35,890 nucleotides of DNA. It comes from Rhodospirillales bacterium. GTDB lineage: Bacteria; Pseudomonadota; Alphaproteobacteria; Acetobacterales; Acetobacteraceae. Under the pieces are notes generated by a model. The model worked only from the letters and a program-made list of their open reading frames with translations. It did no database searches and had not been told where the DNA came from. Shown here piece by piece: positions 16,267-24,914 of this stretch. The translations under genes and the position numbers were made by a program. The stretch is from contig JAYUCA010000095.1 in the NCBI GenBank assembly GCA_043740535.1, positions 1-35,890 on the forward strand. Direction: 5' to 3'. Within the stretch, counting starts at the first letter, position 1, and each line of letters starts with the position of its first letter.

Positions 16267-17520
16267 TCAGGGCGCCGGCACGGCTCTGGGCGGCTTCCGC
16301 AACGCATGCGGCAGCAGCGCCACGACCAGGGCGATGTTCAGGATCGCCGCGCCGCACAGGACGGCCAGCGTGACGGTCGCCCCGAAGCCGTCGAGGAGCC
16401 ACGCGCCGATCGAGGGCGACGCGGCCTGCGCCGCCAGGGTCGGCATGGCGATGCGCCCCATCAGGATCGCATAGCCCTCGCGGCCGAACATCGCCAGCGG
16501 CACGGTACCGCGCGCGATGGAGCGGATGCCGCTGCCGGACCCGTACAGGATGATGCCGGCGGCGGCGACGCCGGGCGCCCCGATCAGCATGGCGATGCCG
16601 ATCGCGACGAGCACGGCAGACGCAAGCAGGCTCCAGACAGGATGGAATTTGCGCCCGAACGCCATCTCGATGACCCGGGCGCCGACCTGCGCCGGACCCA
16701 GCAGGGCGCCGAAGCCCACCGCGGCCGCCAGCGCGATGCCCCGCGACTGGAGCAACGTCAGCAGGTGGACCGCGATGACCGTCATGATGACGGCAGCCAG
16801 CGTGAAGCCTGCCGCCAGAAGCACGAAGGCGATCCGCTGATCGGGATGCACATGTCCCGGCGCACGCATCCCCGCGGCGGACGGGCTCGCCGGCGCCTGT
16901 TCCTCCCGAGGCAGTCCGAACAGGTATAGCGGCAAGACGACGCAGAGATGGATGGCCGCATAGGCGAGGCAGGCGCCGCGCCAGCCCACCTGGTCCACCA
17001 GCAACGCGCTCAATGGCCAGCAGACGGTGCTGGCGAAGCCGCCGAACAGGGTGACCTGGGTGATGGCGCTCCGGGCGCCTTCGCCATAGAGGCGGCCCAG
17101 CGTCGAGAAGGCCGGGTCATACAGGCCGCATCCCATGCCGAGCCCGACCACGATCCAACCGGCGACGTAGACGGCCAGCGCCGGGGCGAGACCCACGACA
17201 AGAAGCCCGGTGGCCAGAAGGCACGCGCTCGCCGCCAGGACCATCCGGCCGCCATGGCGATGGATCATCCGCCCGACCCGCGGGGACACCAGGCCCGACG
17301 CGAGAAACCCCAGGGACAGCGCGCCCACGACCCAGGCGGTGGACCACCCGGTGTCGGCCGCAACGGGCCCCGCGAGGACCGCCATGAGATAATAGGAGGA
17401 GCCCCAGGCCAGGATCTGGGCGACCCCGACGCAGGACACGACGACCCATTGCGGCCGCATGGCAGCATGGGGCCTTCGGCGGGACCCGGCCAATGAATTC
17501 AGACCCGCCAGCTTCGCCAT
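16267..17520 (-). CDS. MFS transporter
   Basis: 417-aa hydrophobic ORF with about 12 TM segments and an MFS-like loop (SPRVGRMIHRHGGR). An alternative ATG at 17460 is possible. Confidence 0.8.
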   Translation of the reverse strand: MAKLAGLNSLAGSRRRPHAAMRPQWVVVSCVGVAQILAWGSSYYLMAVLAGPVAADTGWSTAWVVGALSLGFLASGLVSPRVGRMIHRHGGRMVLAASACLLATGLLVVGLAPALAVYVAGWIVVGLGMGCGLYDPAFSTLGRLYGEGARSAITQVTLFGGFASTVCWPLSALLVDQVGWRGACLAYAAIHLCVVLPLYLFGLPREEQAPASPSAAGMRAPGHVHPDQRIAFVLLAAGFTLAAVIMTVIAVHLLTLLQSRGIALAAAVGFGALLGPAQVGARVIEMAFGRKFHPVWSLLASAVLVAIGIAMLIGAPGVAAAGIILYGSGSGIRSIARGTVPLAMFGREGYAILMGRIAMPTLAAQAASPSIGAWLLDGFGATVTLAVLCGAAILNIALVVALLPHALRKPPRAVPAP

Positions 17521-17539
17521 CCGGGCCGATGCCCTGTCA

Positions 17540-17683
17540 TACCAGGGATATCAAGCATTGACCGGTCCGCATCGTCACTGCGAGCCCTTGCGAAGCAGTC
17601 CAGGGCGGCCAGACCTGATCCATCGGTCCTGGATCGCTTCGCAAGGGCTCGCGATGACGAGTCATTACTTGATGTCCCTGGTA
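17540..17683. mobile_element. MITE-like palindromic repeat, copy 2 (140-bp core 17542-17681 flanked by TA/TA); better preserved
   Basis: Terminal inverted repeats CCAGGGATATCAAGCATTGAC / GTCATTACTTGATGTCCCTGG. Long internal hairpin (catcgtcactgcgagcccttgcgaagcagtccagg ... cctggatcgcttcgcaagggctcgcgatgacg). About 90% identical to copy 1 in inverted orientation. No coding capacity. Confidence 0.75.
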
Positions 17684-19027
17684 TCAGACCGGCAGCGCCA
17701 GCGTCGCCCGCAGCCCGCCGCCCGGGCGGTTCGTCAGCGTGACGTCGCCACCGTGGGCGCGCATGATGTTGCGGGTGATCGGCAGCCCAAGGCCGGTGCC
17801 GCCCGTTTCCCGGTTGCGGCTGGTTTCCAGGCGCTGGAACGGCTCGAACACCCGATCGAGGTCCGCGGGCGGGATGCCCGGCCCGTCGTCGTCGACATGC
17901 ACCAGCACCACGCCGTCCCGCACCGGCTGCAGCAGCAGCTTCGCAGCGCCGCCATAGGCCAGCGCGTTGGCGACCAGGTTCGCCACCGCCCGCTTCAGCG
18001 CCACCGGCCGGGCCTCGACCGTCAGGGTCGCGGGGCCGTCGTAGCTGATCACGACGTTCGAGCCCGGGCGCGCGTCGGTCGCGTCGTCCAGCACGGTGCG
18101 CAGCAGCGCCGGCAGGTCCATCCGGGCCGCCGCCTCGCTGCCGGCCACGTCGCGGCCGAAGGCCAGCGTCGCCTGCACCATCGCCTCCAGCTCATCGAGG
18201 TCCGTCAGGATCTTGCGGCGCTGCTCCTCGTCCTCCATCCACTCCGCCCGCAGCTTCAGCCGCGTGATCGGGGTCTTCAGGTCATGCCCGATCGCGGTCA
18301 GCAGGAACGTCCGGTCCTGCACGAAGCGCCGGATGCGCGCGGCCATCGTGTTGAACGCCGCCGCCGCGTCGGCCACCTCGGTCGGCCCCGTTTCGGGCAG
18401 CGGGGCGGCGTTGACGTCGCGGCCCAGGCGTTCGGCCGCCGCGCCCAGCACACGCAGCGGCGCGGTCATGCGGCGCACCGCCCAGAAGGCCAGCAGGGCG
18501 GCCGTCCCCGTCATGATCGCGAAGGCGACCAGGAAGCGCGAGGAGTTCCACGGCCGCGGCGGCGGCGTCCTGGCCCGCCCGACCAGCCAACGATCGTCCG
18601 GCGCCTGCGCCGCGATCACCAGGGTCCGCCCCGTCTCGTAGGCGCCGCGGATCGGCACGGCCTTCGGGCGCAGCGCCAGCGGGACCGCGCCGAACCCCAT
18701 GTATGGGCGGATCAGCCGCTGGTCCGCAGGCGACGCCGGCCCCTCGGCATCGGACGGAAACGCGGTTTCAAGGGACAGGCGCAGGCCGGGCACAGGCTCT
18801 GTGTCGTGCACGATGCCGGCCCAGGCTGCGGCGGGCTGGGCCACCATCTCGCGGTACAACGACGCCACCTGGGTGCCGACGTCGCGCCCGTCGGCCAGGC
18901 GCTGCAGCTCGACGCGGTCCATGCCGAAGATCATCAGCCCGGCGCCCTGCACGACGACCAGCACCAGCACCAGCGCCAGCGCGGTGCGCGCCGCCAGGCT
19001 GCGCGGCCACAGCCTGATGGACCTCAC
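17684..19027 (-). CDS. Sensor histidine kinase (EnvZ-like)
   Basis: 447 aa. Two TM segments, HAMP, H-box IGHDLKTPITRLKLRAEW, and ATPase boxes NLVANALAYG and GGTGLGLPITRNIMRAHGG. The GTG start overlaps the regulator stop (GTGA). Confidence 0.9.
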   Translation of the reverse strand: MRSIRLWPRSLAARTALALVLVLVVVQGAGLMIFGMDRVELQRLADGRDVGTQVASLYREMVAQPAAAWAGIVHDTEPVPGLRLSLETAFPSDAEGPASPADQRLIRPYMGFGAVPLALRPKAVPIRGAYETGRTLVIAAQAPDDRWLVGRARTPPPRPWNSSRFLVAFAIMTGTAALLAFWAVRRMTAPLRVLGAAAERLGRDVNAAPLPETGPTEVADAAAAFNTMAARIRRFVQDRTFLLTAIGHDLKTPITRLKLRAEWMEDEEQRRKILTDLDELEAMVQATLAFGRDVAGSEAAARMDLPALLRTVLDDATDARPGSNVVISYDGPATLTVEARPVALKRAVANLVANALAYGGAAKLLLQPVRDGVVLVHVDDDGPGIPPADLDRVFEPFQRLETSRNRETGGTGLGLPITRNIMRAHGGDVTLTNRPGGGLRATLALPV

Positions 19028-19740
19028 TCCCGCTCCACGTCGCAGGCGAACACGTAGCCGCCGCCGCGCACCGTCTTGATGAACTGCGATTCCTCGCCGT
19101 CCCGGCCGAGCTTGCGCCGCAGCCGGCTGATCGCGACGTCGATCGCCCGGTCGAACGGGCCGGCCTGGCGGCCGCGCAGCAGGTCCAGCAGCATGTCGCG
19201 GGTCAGCACCTGGTTCGCCCGCTCCACCAGCGCCGCCAGCAGGTCATACTCGCCGCCGGTCAGCGGCACCTCGATGCCGTCGGGGTCCAGCAGGCGCCGC
19301 CGCGCCGGCTCCAGCCGCCAGCCCATGAAGCGGAAGCCGCGCGCCGCCTCGACCGCCTTGGCGCCGCGCTCGCTGGTGCGCCGCATCACGGCGCGGATGC
19401 GGGCCAGCAGCTCCCTCGGGTTGAACGGCTTGGGCAGGTAGTCGTCCGCCCCCAGCTCCAGGCCGATGATCCGGTCCGTCTCGTCGCCCATCGCGGTCAG
19501 CATCAGGATCGGCACGTCCGATATGCCGCGCAGCCACCGCGCGAGATCGAGACCGCTTTCGCCCGGCAGCATCAGGTCCAGGATCACCATCTGGAAATGG
19601 CCAGCGGGCCATGCCCGCCGGGCGTCCCGCCCGTCCCGCGCTGCGGTGACCCGCATGCCATGCCGGTCCAGGAACTTGGCGAGCAGGTCCCGGATCTCCC
19701 GGTCATCGTCGATCAGTAGGATATGCGGTGTGGCGCTCAT
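19024..19740 (-). CDS. OmpR-family response regulator
   Basis: Start at ATG 19740 (MSATPHILLIDDDREIRDLL...). Receiver motifs ILDLMLPGESG and LTAMGD, plus a winged-helix C-terminus (IKTVRGGGYVF). The longer track ORF is rejected. Confidence 0.9.
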   Translation of the reverse strand: MSATPHILLIDDDREIRDLLAKFLDRHGMRVTAARDGRDARRAWPAGHFQMVILDLMLPGESGLDLARWLRGISDVPILMLTAMGDETDRIIGLELGADDYLPKPFNPRELLARIRAVMRRTSERGAKAVEAARGFRFMGWRLEPARRRLLDPDGIEVPLTGGEYDLLAALVERANQVLTRDMLLDLLRGRQAGPFDRAIDVAISRLRRKLGRDGEESQFIKTVRGGGYVFACDVERE

Positions 19741-19832
19741 TACGATCAATATACCGGGTTGCGCCGTCAATGCCACGCCTCGCGGCCCCTTCATCCTCGA
19801 CACGCCGCGCAAGGCCGTGGTCAAAACCCGGG

Positions 19833-20495
19833 ATGACGGCGCCACCCGATTTCCCGCACCCGCCGCCCGCCATGCGCGCGGCGCTGGATGCGCTCGTGCT
19901 GCAGGACCCCCGGTTGGCCGTGATCGAGCCGGCAGCGGGCCCGCTGCCGTGGCGCACCAGGCCACCGGGCTTCCCGGGGCTGCTGCAGGCCATCGTCGCG
20001 CAACAGATCAGCAACCAGGCGGCCTCGGCCATCTGGCGGCGGCTGTCCGTCGCGCCCGGCGCGCTGGACCCTGGGAGTCTGGCCGCCTTGGACGACGCGG
20101 CCTTGCTGGCGGCCGGGCTGTCGCGGCCGAAGGTGCAGCATGCACGGTCGCTGGCGGCGGCCTTCAACAGCGGCGCGCTGTCCGGCGCGGGGCTCGCTGC
20201 GCTCGACGACGCCGCGGCGCTGGCCGCGATCACGGCGGTGCGCGGCCTGGGTCCCTGGACCGCCGAGGTCTACCTGCTGTTCGCGATGGAACGGCCCGAC
20301 GTGTTCCCCGCCGGCGACATCGCCGTGGCCGGGGCGGCGGCGCACCTTCTGGGCCTGGCCGAGCGTCCCGGCCCGGTGGCGCTCCGCCTGCTCGCCGAGG
20401 CCTGGCGCCCGCACCGCGCGCTGGCCGCCCGGCTGCTGTGGCACCATTGGCGCCACATCACCGGGCGCCCCAGCATGGACGACGTGGCGCTGTGA
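19833..20495 (+). CDS. alkA: DNA-3-methyladenine glycosylase II family (AlkA-like, HhH-GPD)
   Basis: GFPGLLQAIVAQQISNQAASAIWRRL...LSRPKVQHARSLA...VRGLGPWTAEVYLLFAMERPDVFPAGDIAV. Start is uncertain (ATG 19833 or 19872). Confidence 0.8.
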   Translation: MTAPPDFPHPPPAMRAALDALVLQDPRLAVIEPAAGPLPWRTRPPGFPGLLQAIVAQQISNQAASAIWRRLSVAPGALDPGSLAALDDAALLAAGLSRPKVQHARSLAAAFNSGALSGAGLAALDDAAALAAITAVRGLGPWTAEVYLLFAMERPDVFPAGDIAVAGAAAHLLGLAERPGPVALRLLAEAWRPHRALAARLLWHHWRHITGRPSMDDVAL

Positions 20496-21940
20496 CCGGG
20501 TCGTGGCGCGCCGTCGCCCCGCTGCGCGCGTTGCTGCGGCGGCGCCCGGTCCCGCGCCTGCTGTTCTGGGCGTTGACCGGCCGGACCGGCCGCCTGCGGA
20601 CCCACCTGGCAACCCGTCGCCTCGTCCGCCTGCTGCTGCAACACGGCCTGTGGGACCCGGATTGCTACCGTGCCCAGCTCGCCAGCCCGCCGCCGCCGGG
20701 GGCCGACCTGCTGCTGCACTACGCGACGGAGGGCCGGCATCTCGGCCTGCGCCCGAACCCGCTGTTCGACCCCGCCTGGTACGCCGCGCGAACGCCGGGC
20801 CTGGCCCCAGCCGATGCGGCGCTCCATTACCTTGCCACCGGGATGGCGCGGCGCCTGGCCCCGCATCCGCTGTTCGATCCGGCGTATTACGTGCAGCAGG
20901 CGCCCGGCGCCGCCGGCAACCCGCTCGGCCACTACCTGGCGAACGGGGCGGCGGACCCGCACCCCGATTTCGACGGCGAATGGTACCGCGCCCGCTACGC
21001 CGCCGGCGACGCGAACCCGCTGGTCCACGCCGTGGCGGCCCATGACGGGCGCGAGACCAACGGCCGGCGCATCCGCGCGCGGCGTGCGCGCCAGGCCCTG
21101 GCGCTCGGCACGGACCTGCAGCCCTCCAGCCTGACCACGACGGGCCTTGCGATCGGCGTCGTCACGTACGAGACCCCCGCCGCCGAACTGCAACGCGCGA
21201 TCCGCAGCGTGCGCATCGCCGCCAGCCAGGCCGGCATCGACCCGGACGTCCTGCTGCTGGACAACGGCGGCCCGTCCAGCCTTGCCGTGCAGCACGAACC
21301 CGGCCTGCGCGTGCTGCCGCCCATCGGCAACGTGGGCTTCGGCGGCGGCCACAACCGGCTGATGCGATCGGCCTTCGCGTCCGGCGCCCAGCACTACCTT
21401 GCCTTGAACCCCGACGCCGCGCTGCATCCGGCCGCCCTCGGGGCGCTGCTCCGCATGTCGGTGGCGGCCGGCGGCCGGGCGCTGGTCCAGGCGTTGCAGT
21501 TCCCCGCCGAGCACAGCCTGCCGTACGACCCCGAGACGTTCGACACGCCCTGGCTGTCTGGCGCCTGCCTGCTGATCCCGCGCGCGGTGCACGACCGCAT
21601 CGGCGGCTTCGACGACGGATTCTTCATGTATGTGGAGGATGTCGACCTGTCCTGGCGCGCCCGCGCCGCCGGGCTGCGCACCTTGACCTGCCCCGCGGCC
21701 CTGCTGTTCCACCCCACCACCGGCCGCGTGCCGGGCCGGGCGATCGACCGGATGTTCCTGCACAGCAGCCTGCGCCTGGCCGTGAAATGGGGCAACCCGG
21801 ACGCCGCCGCCAGCGCGCGGGCAGGGCTTGCGGAACGCGGCCTGGCGGAACCCGACCTTTCGTGCGTCACGCCCCAGCCCGACCCGGGCGGCGTCGCCGA
21901 CTTCTCCCACGGCTTCGCCTTCGGCCCCGGCCGCTGGTGA
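20492..21940 (+). CDS. Family-2 glycosyltransferase with a repeat-containing N-terminal extension
   Basis: C-terminal GT-A domain: LAIGVVTYETP...LLLDNGG...NVGFGGGHN...GACLLIPRAVHDRIGGFDDGFFMYVEDVDLSWRARAAG. No ATG near the 5' end. The proposed GTG at 20492 overlaps the alkA stop (GTGA). Start is uncertain. Confidence 0.7.
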   Translation: MTGSWRAVAPLRALLRRRPVPRLLFWALTGRTGRLRTHLATRRLVRLLLQHGLWDPDCYRAQLASPPPPGADLLLHYATEGRHLGLRPNPLFDPAWYAARTPGLAPADAALHYLATGMARRLAPHPLFDPAYYVQQAPGAAGNPLGHYLANGAADPHPDFDGEWYRARYAAGDANPLVHAVAAHDGRETNGRRIRARRARQALALGTDLQPSSLTTTGLAIGVVTYETPAAELQRAIRSVRIAASQAGIDPDVLLLDNGGPSSLAVQHEPGLRVLPPIGNVGFGGGHNRLMRSAFASGAQHYLALNPDAALHPAALGALLRMSVAAGGRALVQALQFPAEHSLPYDPETFDTPWLSGACLLIPRAVHDRIGGFDDGFFMYVEDVDLSWRARAAGLRTLTCPAALLFHPTTGRVPGRAIDRMFLHSSLRLAVKWGNPDAAASARAGLAERGLAEPDLSCVTPQPDPGGVADFSHGFAFGPGRW

Positions 21941-22584
21941 TGCAGGGCCTGGATGTCATCGTAAGACTGCACGCCCCGGCCGATCTGGACGAGCTTGGCC
22001 GCGCCGTCTTCGCGCTGGCGCTGCAGGACCACCGTCCGGTCACGATCATAATCGTCTGCCAGAATTTCGACCCTGCTGCGCTGGATGCGGCACGTCTCGC
22101 TTTGGCGCCCATCATGGCCATCGCGCCGGAGGTCGCGCTGCAGCTTCTGAACTGCCCCGGCGCGGCGATGCTGGACCAGGGCCTTGCCGCCTGCCGCGCC
22201 CGCTACATCGCCGTGCTGGATCCCGACCGGCTGATCTACCCCGAGGCCTACCGCCTGCTGATCGCCGAGCTGCAGGACAGCGGCGCCGCGATCGCCTTTG
22301 GCGGCATCCTGGCCACCACTATCGACCGGGACGGCCTGGCGCCGCTTACCTTGACCAAGGTCCGCCCCGTCCAGGGCAGCGACCCTGGTCAGCCATTCGT
22401 GCTGGACCGCGGCCGGATCGCCGCCGCCGACCTGGTGGCGGACGACGCCATGGCGGAACGGGACCTGCTGCGGCGCCTGTGCGCCCACTACAAATCGAGC
22501 ATCCGCCTGAAAAGCACGGTCCTGGCCGAGCAGACGCTGACGGCGGCGCCCGAGGGTGCGGGGCGGCCGCAGGTAAAGGCCTGA
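21940..22584 (+). CDS. GT-A-fold glycosyltransferase-like protein (214 aa)
   Basis: ATG overlaps the upstream stop (TGATG). LDVIVRLHAP...PVTIIIVCQNF...YIAVLDPDRLIYPEAY resembles GT2 N-terminal halves, with DPD replacing DDD. Confidence 0.55.
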   Translation: MQGLDVIVRLHAPADLDELGRAVFALALQDHRPVTIIIVCQNFDPAALDAARLALAPIMAIAPEVALQLLNCPGAAMLDQGLAACRARYIAVLDPDRLIYPEAYRLLIAELQDSGAAIAFGGILATTIDRDGLAPLTLTKVRPVQGSDPGQPFVLDRGRIAAADLVADDAMAERDLLRRLCAHYKSSIRLKSTVLAEQTLTAAPEGAGRPQVKA

Positions 22585-22818
22585 CCCCACGGTCCGCCAC
22601 GGCAGGCGGCGGGGGGTTTCGGCGTGGGTGCAGGATTCGATGGACGCGCCGGGCGACCGGTCTTTCCGTCTCTTCCCCAATCTTTCATGAAATGAACTTA
22701 TCGTGTCCCGGGAGCGCACGGGACGATGACCGCGGGGTCGCATGGTAAAAACCGCCGCACTTCCTTATTGTGCCCATGCTTTCTTATCATGTGTTGCACA
22801 CCAACGAGGGGCCTGAGC

Positions 22819-24888
22819 ATGGCGGCAGACGGCGATCAGGGACGAACCGGCATCGACAAACTCTGCATCGACACCATCCGCACCCTGGCGATGGACGCGG
22901 TGCAGAAGGCGAAATCCGGCCACCCCGGCACGCCGATGTCCATGGCGCCCGTCGCCTACACCCTCTGGCAGGACGTGCTGCGTTACGATCCCCAAGACGC
23001 CGCCTGGCCCAACCGCGACCGCTTCGTGCTGTCCATCGGCCATGCCAGCATGCTGCTGTATGCGCTGCTGCACCTGGCGGGGGTGCGCCGCCTGGGCGCC
23101 ACCGGGCAGGAGGCCGTGTCGCTCGATGACATCAAGCTGTTCCGCCAGCTGGACAGCGTGACGCCGGGCCACCCCGAATACAGCTACACCACCGGCGTCG
23201 AGACGACGACGGGGCCGCTGGGCCAGGGCGTCGCCAACTCCGTCGGCATGGCCATGGCCGAACGCTGGTTCGCCGCCCGCTACAACCGGCCCGGCTTCCC
23301 GCTGTATGACTACCGCGTCTACGCGCTGTGCGGCGACGGCGACATGATGGAGGGCGTGTCCAGCGAGGCCGCCAGCATGGCAGCCCACCTGAAGCTGTCG
23401 AACCTCGTGTGGATCTACGACAGCAACCACATCACCATCGAGGGCTCGACGAACCTGGCCTTCTCGGAAGATGTCGCCGCCCGGTTCGCCGCCTATGGCT
23501 GGCACGTGATCCACGTCGAGGACGCCAACGACACCGCCGCCATCGCGGCCGCCCTGCACGAGGCCGAAGGCGTCACCGACCGCCCCACCTTCATCCAGGT
23601 GCACAGCATCATCGGCTGGGGCGCGCCCAAGAAGCAGGGCACCCGCGAAGCGCACGGCGAGCCGCTGGGCGACGAGGAGATCAAGGCCGCCAAGCGCTTC
23701 TACGGCTGGCCCGAAGACGCCCAGTTCCTCGTCCCCGACGGGGTGCGCGAGAATTTCACCCGCCGCATGGGCGCGCGCGGGGCCAAACTCCGCGCCGCGT
23801 GGATGGACATGCTGACCCGCTATCGCGCCGAATACCCCGGCATGGCGGCCGAGCTGGACATGATGGACCACCATCAGCTGCCCGACGGCTGGGACAAGGA
23901 CATCCCTGTCTTCCCCGTCGACGCCAAGGGCATCGCGTCCCGCGACAGCTCCCAGAAGGTGCTGAACGCCATCGCCCCGCACGTGCCATGGCTGATCGGC
24001 GGCGCGGCGGACCTGGCGCCCAGCACCAAGTCCAACCTCACCTTCCCCGGCGCCGGCAGCTTCGAGGCCACCGGCAACGACGGCGGCTATACCGGGCGCA
24101 ACCTGCATTTTGGCATCCGCGAACACGCCATGGGCAGCATCTGCAACGGCATGGCGCTGTCCGGCATGCGGTCCTACGGCTCCGGCTTCCTGATCTTCAG
24201 CGACTACATGAAGCCGCCCATCCGCCTGGCCGCGATCATGGAGCTGCCGGTCATCTACATCTTCACCCATGACAGCATCGGCGTCGGCGAAGACGGCCCC
24301 ACCCACCAGCCCATCGAGCAGCTGCTGATGCTCCGCTCCATCCCTGGCCTCGTGGTGCTCCGCCCCGGCGACGCCAACGAGGTGTCCGAGGCCTGGCGCG
24401 TCGCCATGACGTCGCATCACCACCCGGTGGCGCTGGCGCTGAGCCGCCAGGCGCTGCCGACGATCGACCGGAGCGTGTATGCGCCGGCGGCCGGGCTGGC
24501 ACGGGGGGCGTATGTGCTCGCCAGCGCCGAACGGCCGAAGGTCATCCTGATCGGCACCGGCAGCGAGGTCAGCCTCTGCGTCGGCGCCTACGAGGCCCTG
24601 GCCAAGGAGGGCATACCCGCCCGCGTCGTCAGCATGCCGAGCTGGGAATTGTTCGAGCGTCAGGACCAATCCTACAAGGACCAGGTGCTGCCCCCCGCCG
24701 TGCCCGGCCGCGTCGCGGTCGAGCAGGGGTCGGTGATCGGCTGGGACCGCTATACCGGCAGCGGCGGCGCCGTCATCGGCATGCACACCTTCGGCGCCAG
24801 CGCCCCGGCCGCCGCGCTGCAGTCCAAGTTCGGCTTCACCCCCGACAAGGTCCTGGACGCCGCCCGCAAGCAAGCCGCCCGGAGCTAA
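22819..24888 (+). CDS. tkt: Transketolase
   Basis: Start at ATG 22819 (MAADGDQGRTGIDKLCIDTIRTLAMDAVQKAKSGHPGTPMSMAP), with GAGGGG upstream. ThDP motif GDGDMMEGVSSEA and THDSIGVGEDGPTHQPIE. Confidence 0.95.
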   Translation: MAADGDQGRTGIDKLCIDTIRTLAMDAVQKAKSGHPGTPMSMAPVAYTLWQDVLRYDPQDAAWPNRDRFVLSIGHASMLLYALLHLAGVRRLGATGQEAVSLDDIKLFRQLDSVTPGHPEYSYTTGVETTTGPLGQGVANSVGMAMAERWFAARYNRPGFPLYDYRVYALCGDGDMMEGVSSEAASMAAHLKLSNLVWIYDSNHITIEGSTNLAFSEDVAARFAAYGWHVIHVEDANDTAAIAAALHEAEGVTDRPTFIQVHSIIGWGAPKKQGTREAHGEPLGDEEIKAAKRFYGWPEDAQFLVPDGVRENFTRRMGARGAKLRAAWMDMLTRYRAEYPGMAAELDMMDHHQLPDGWDKDIPVFPVDAKGIASRDSSQKVLNAIAPHVPWLIGGAADLAPSTKSNLTFPGAGSFEATGNDGGYTGRNLHFGIREHAMGSICNGMALSGMRSYGSGFLIFSDYMKPPIRLAAIMELPVIYIFTHDSIGVGEDGPTHQPIEQLLMLRSIPGLVVLRPGDANEVSEAWRVAMTSHHHPVALALSRQALPTIDRSVYAPAAGLARGAYVLASAERPKVILIGTGSEVSLCVGAYEALAKEGIPARVVSMPSWELFERQDQSYKDQVLPPAVPGRVAVEQGSVIGWDRYTGSGGAVIGMHTFGASAPAAALQSKFGFTPDKVLDAARKQAARS

Positions 24889-24914
24889 TCGACAACCCTT
24901 CAGGGAGATCGGCC

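Noticed and set aside
19466-20491. 5' two-fifths of the 824-aa plus ORF (19466-21940)
   Set aside because: This part overlaps the response regulator (antisense) and the alkA frame and is Arg/Ala/Pro/Gly-rich. Only the part from 20492 onward shows GT2 features.
22765-24873. 702-aa minus ORF opposite tkt
   Set aside because: Shadow ORF of transketolase. No motifs, Gly/Ala/Asp/His-rich.
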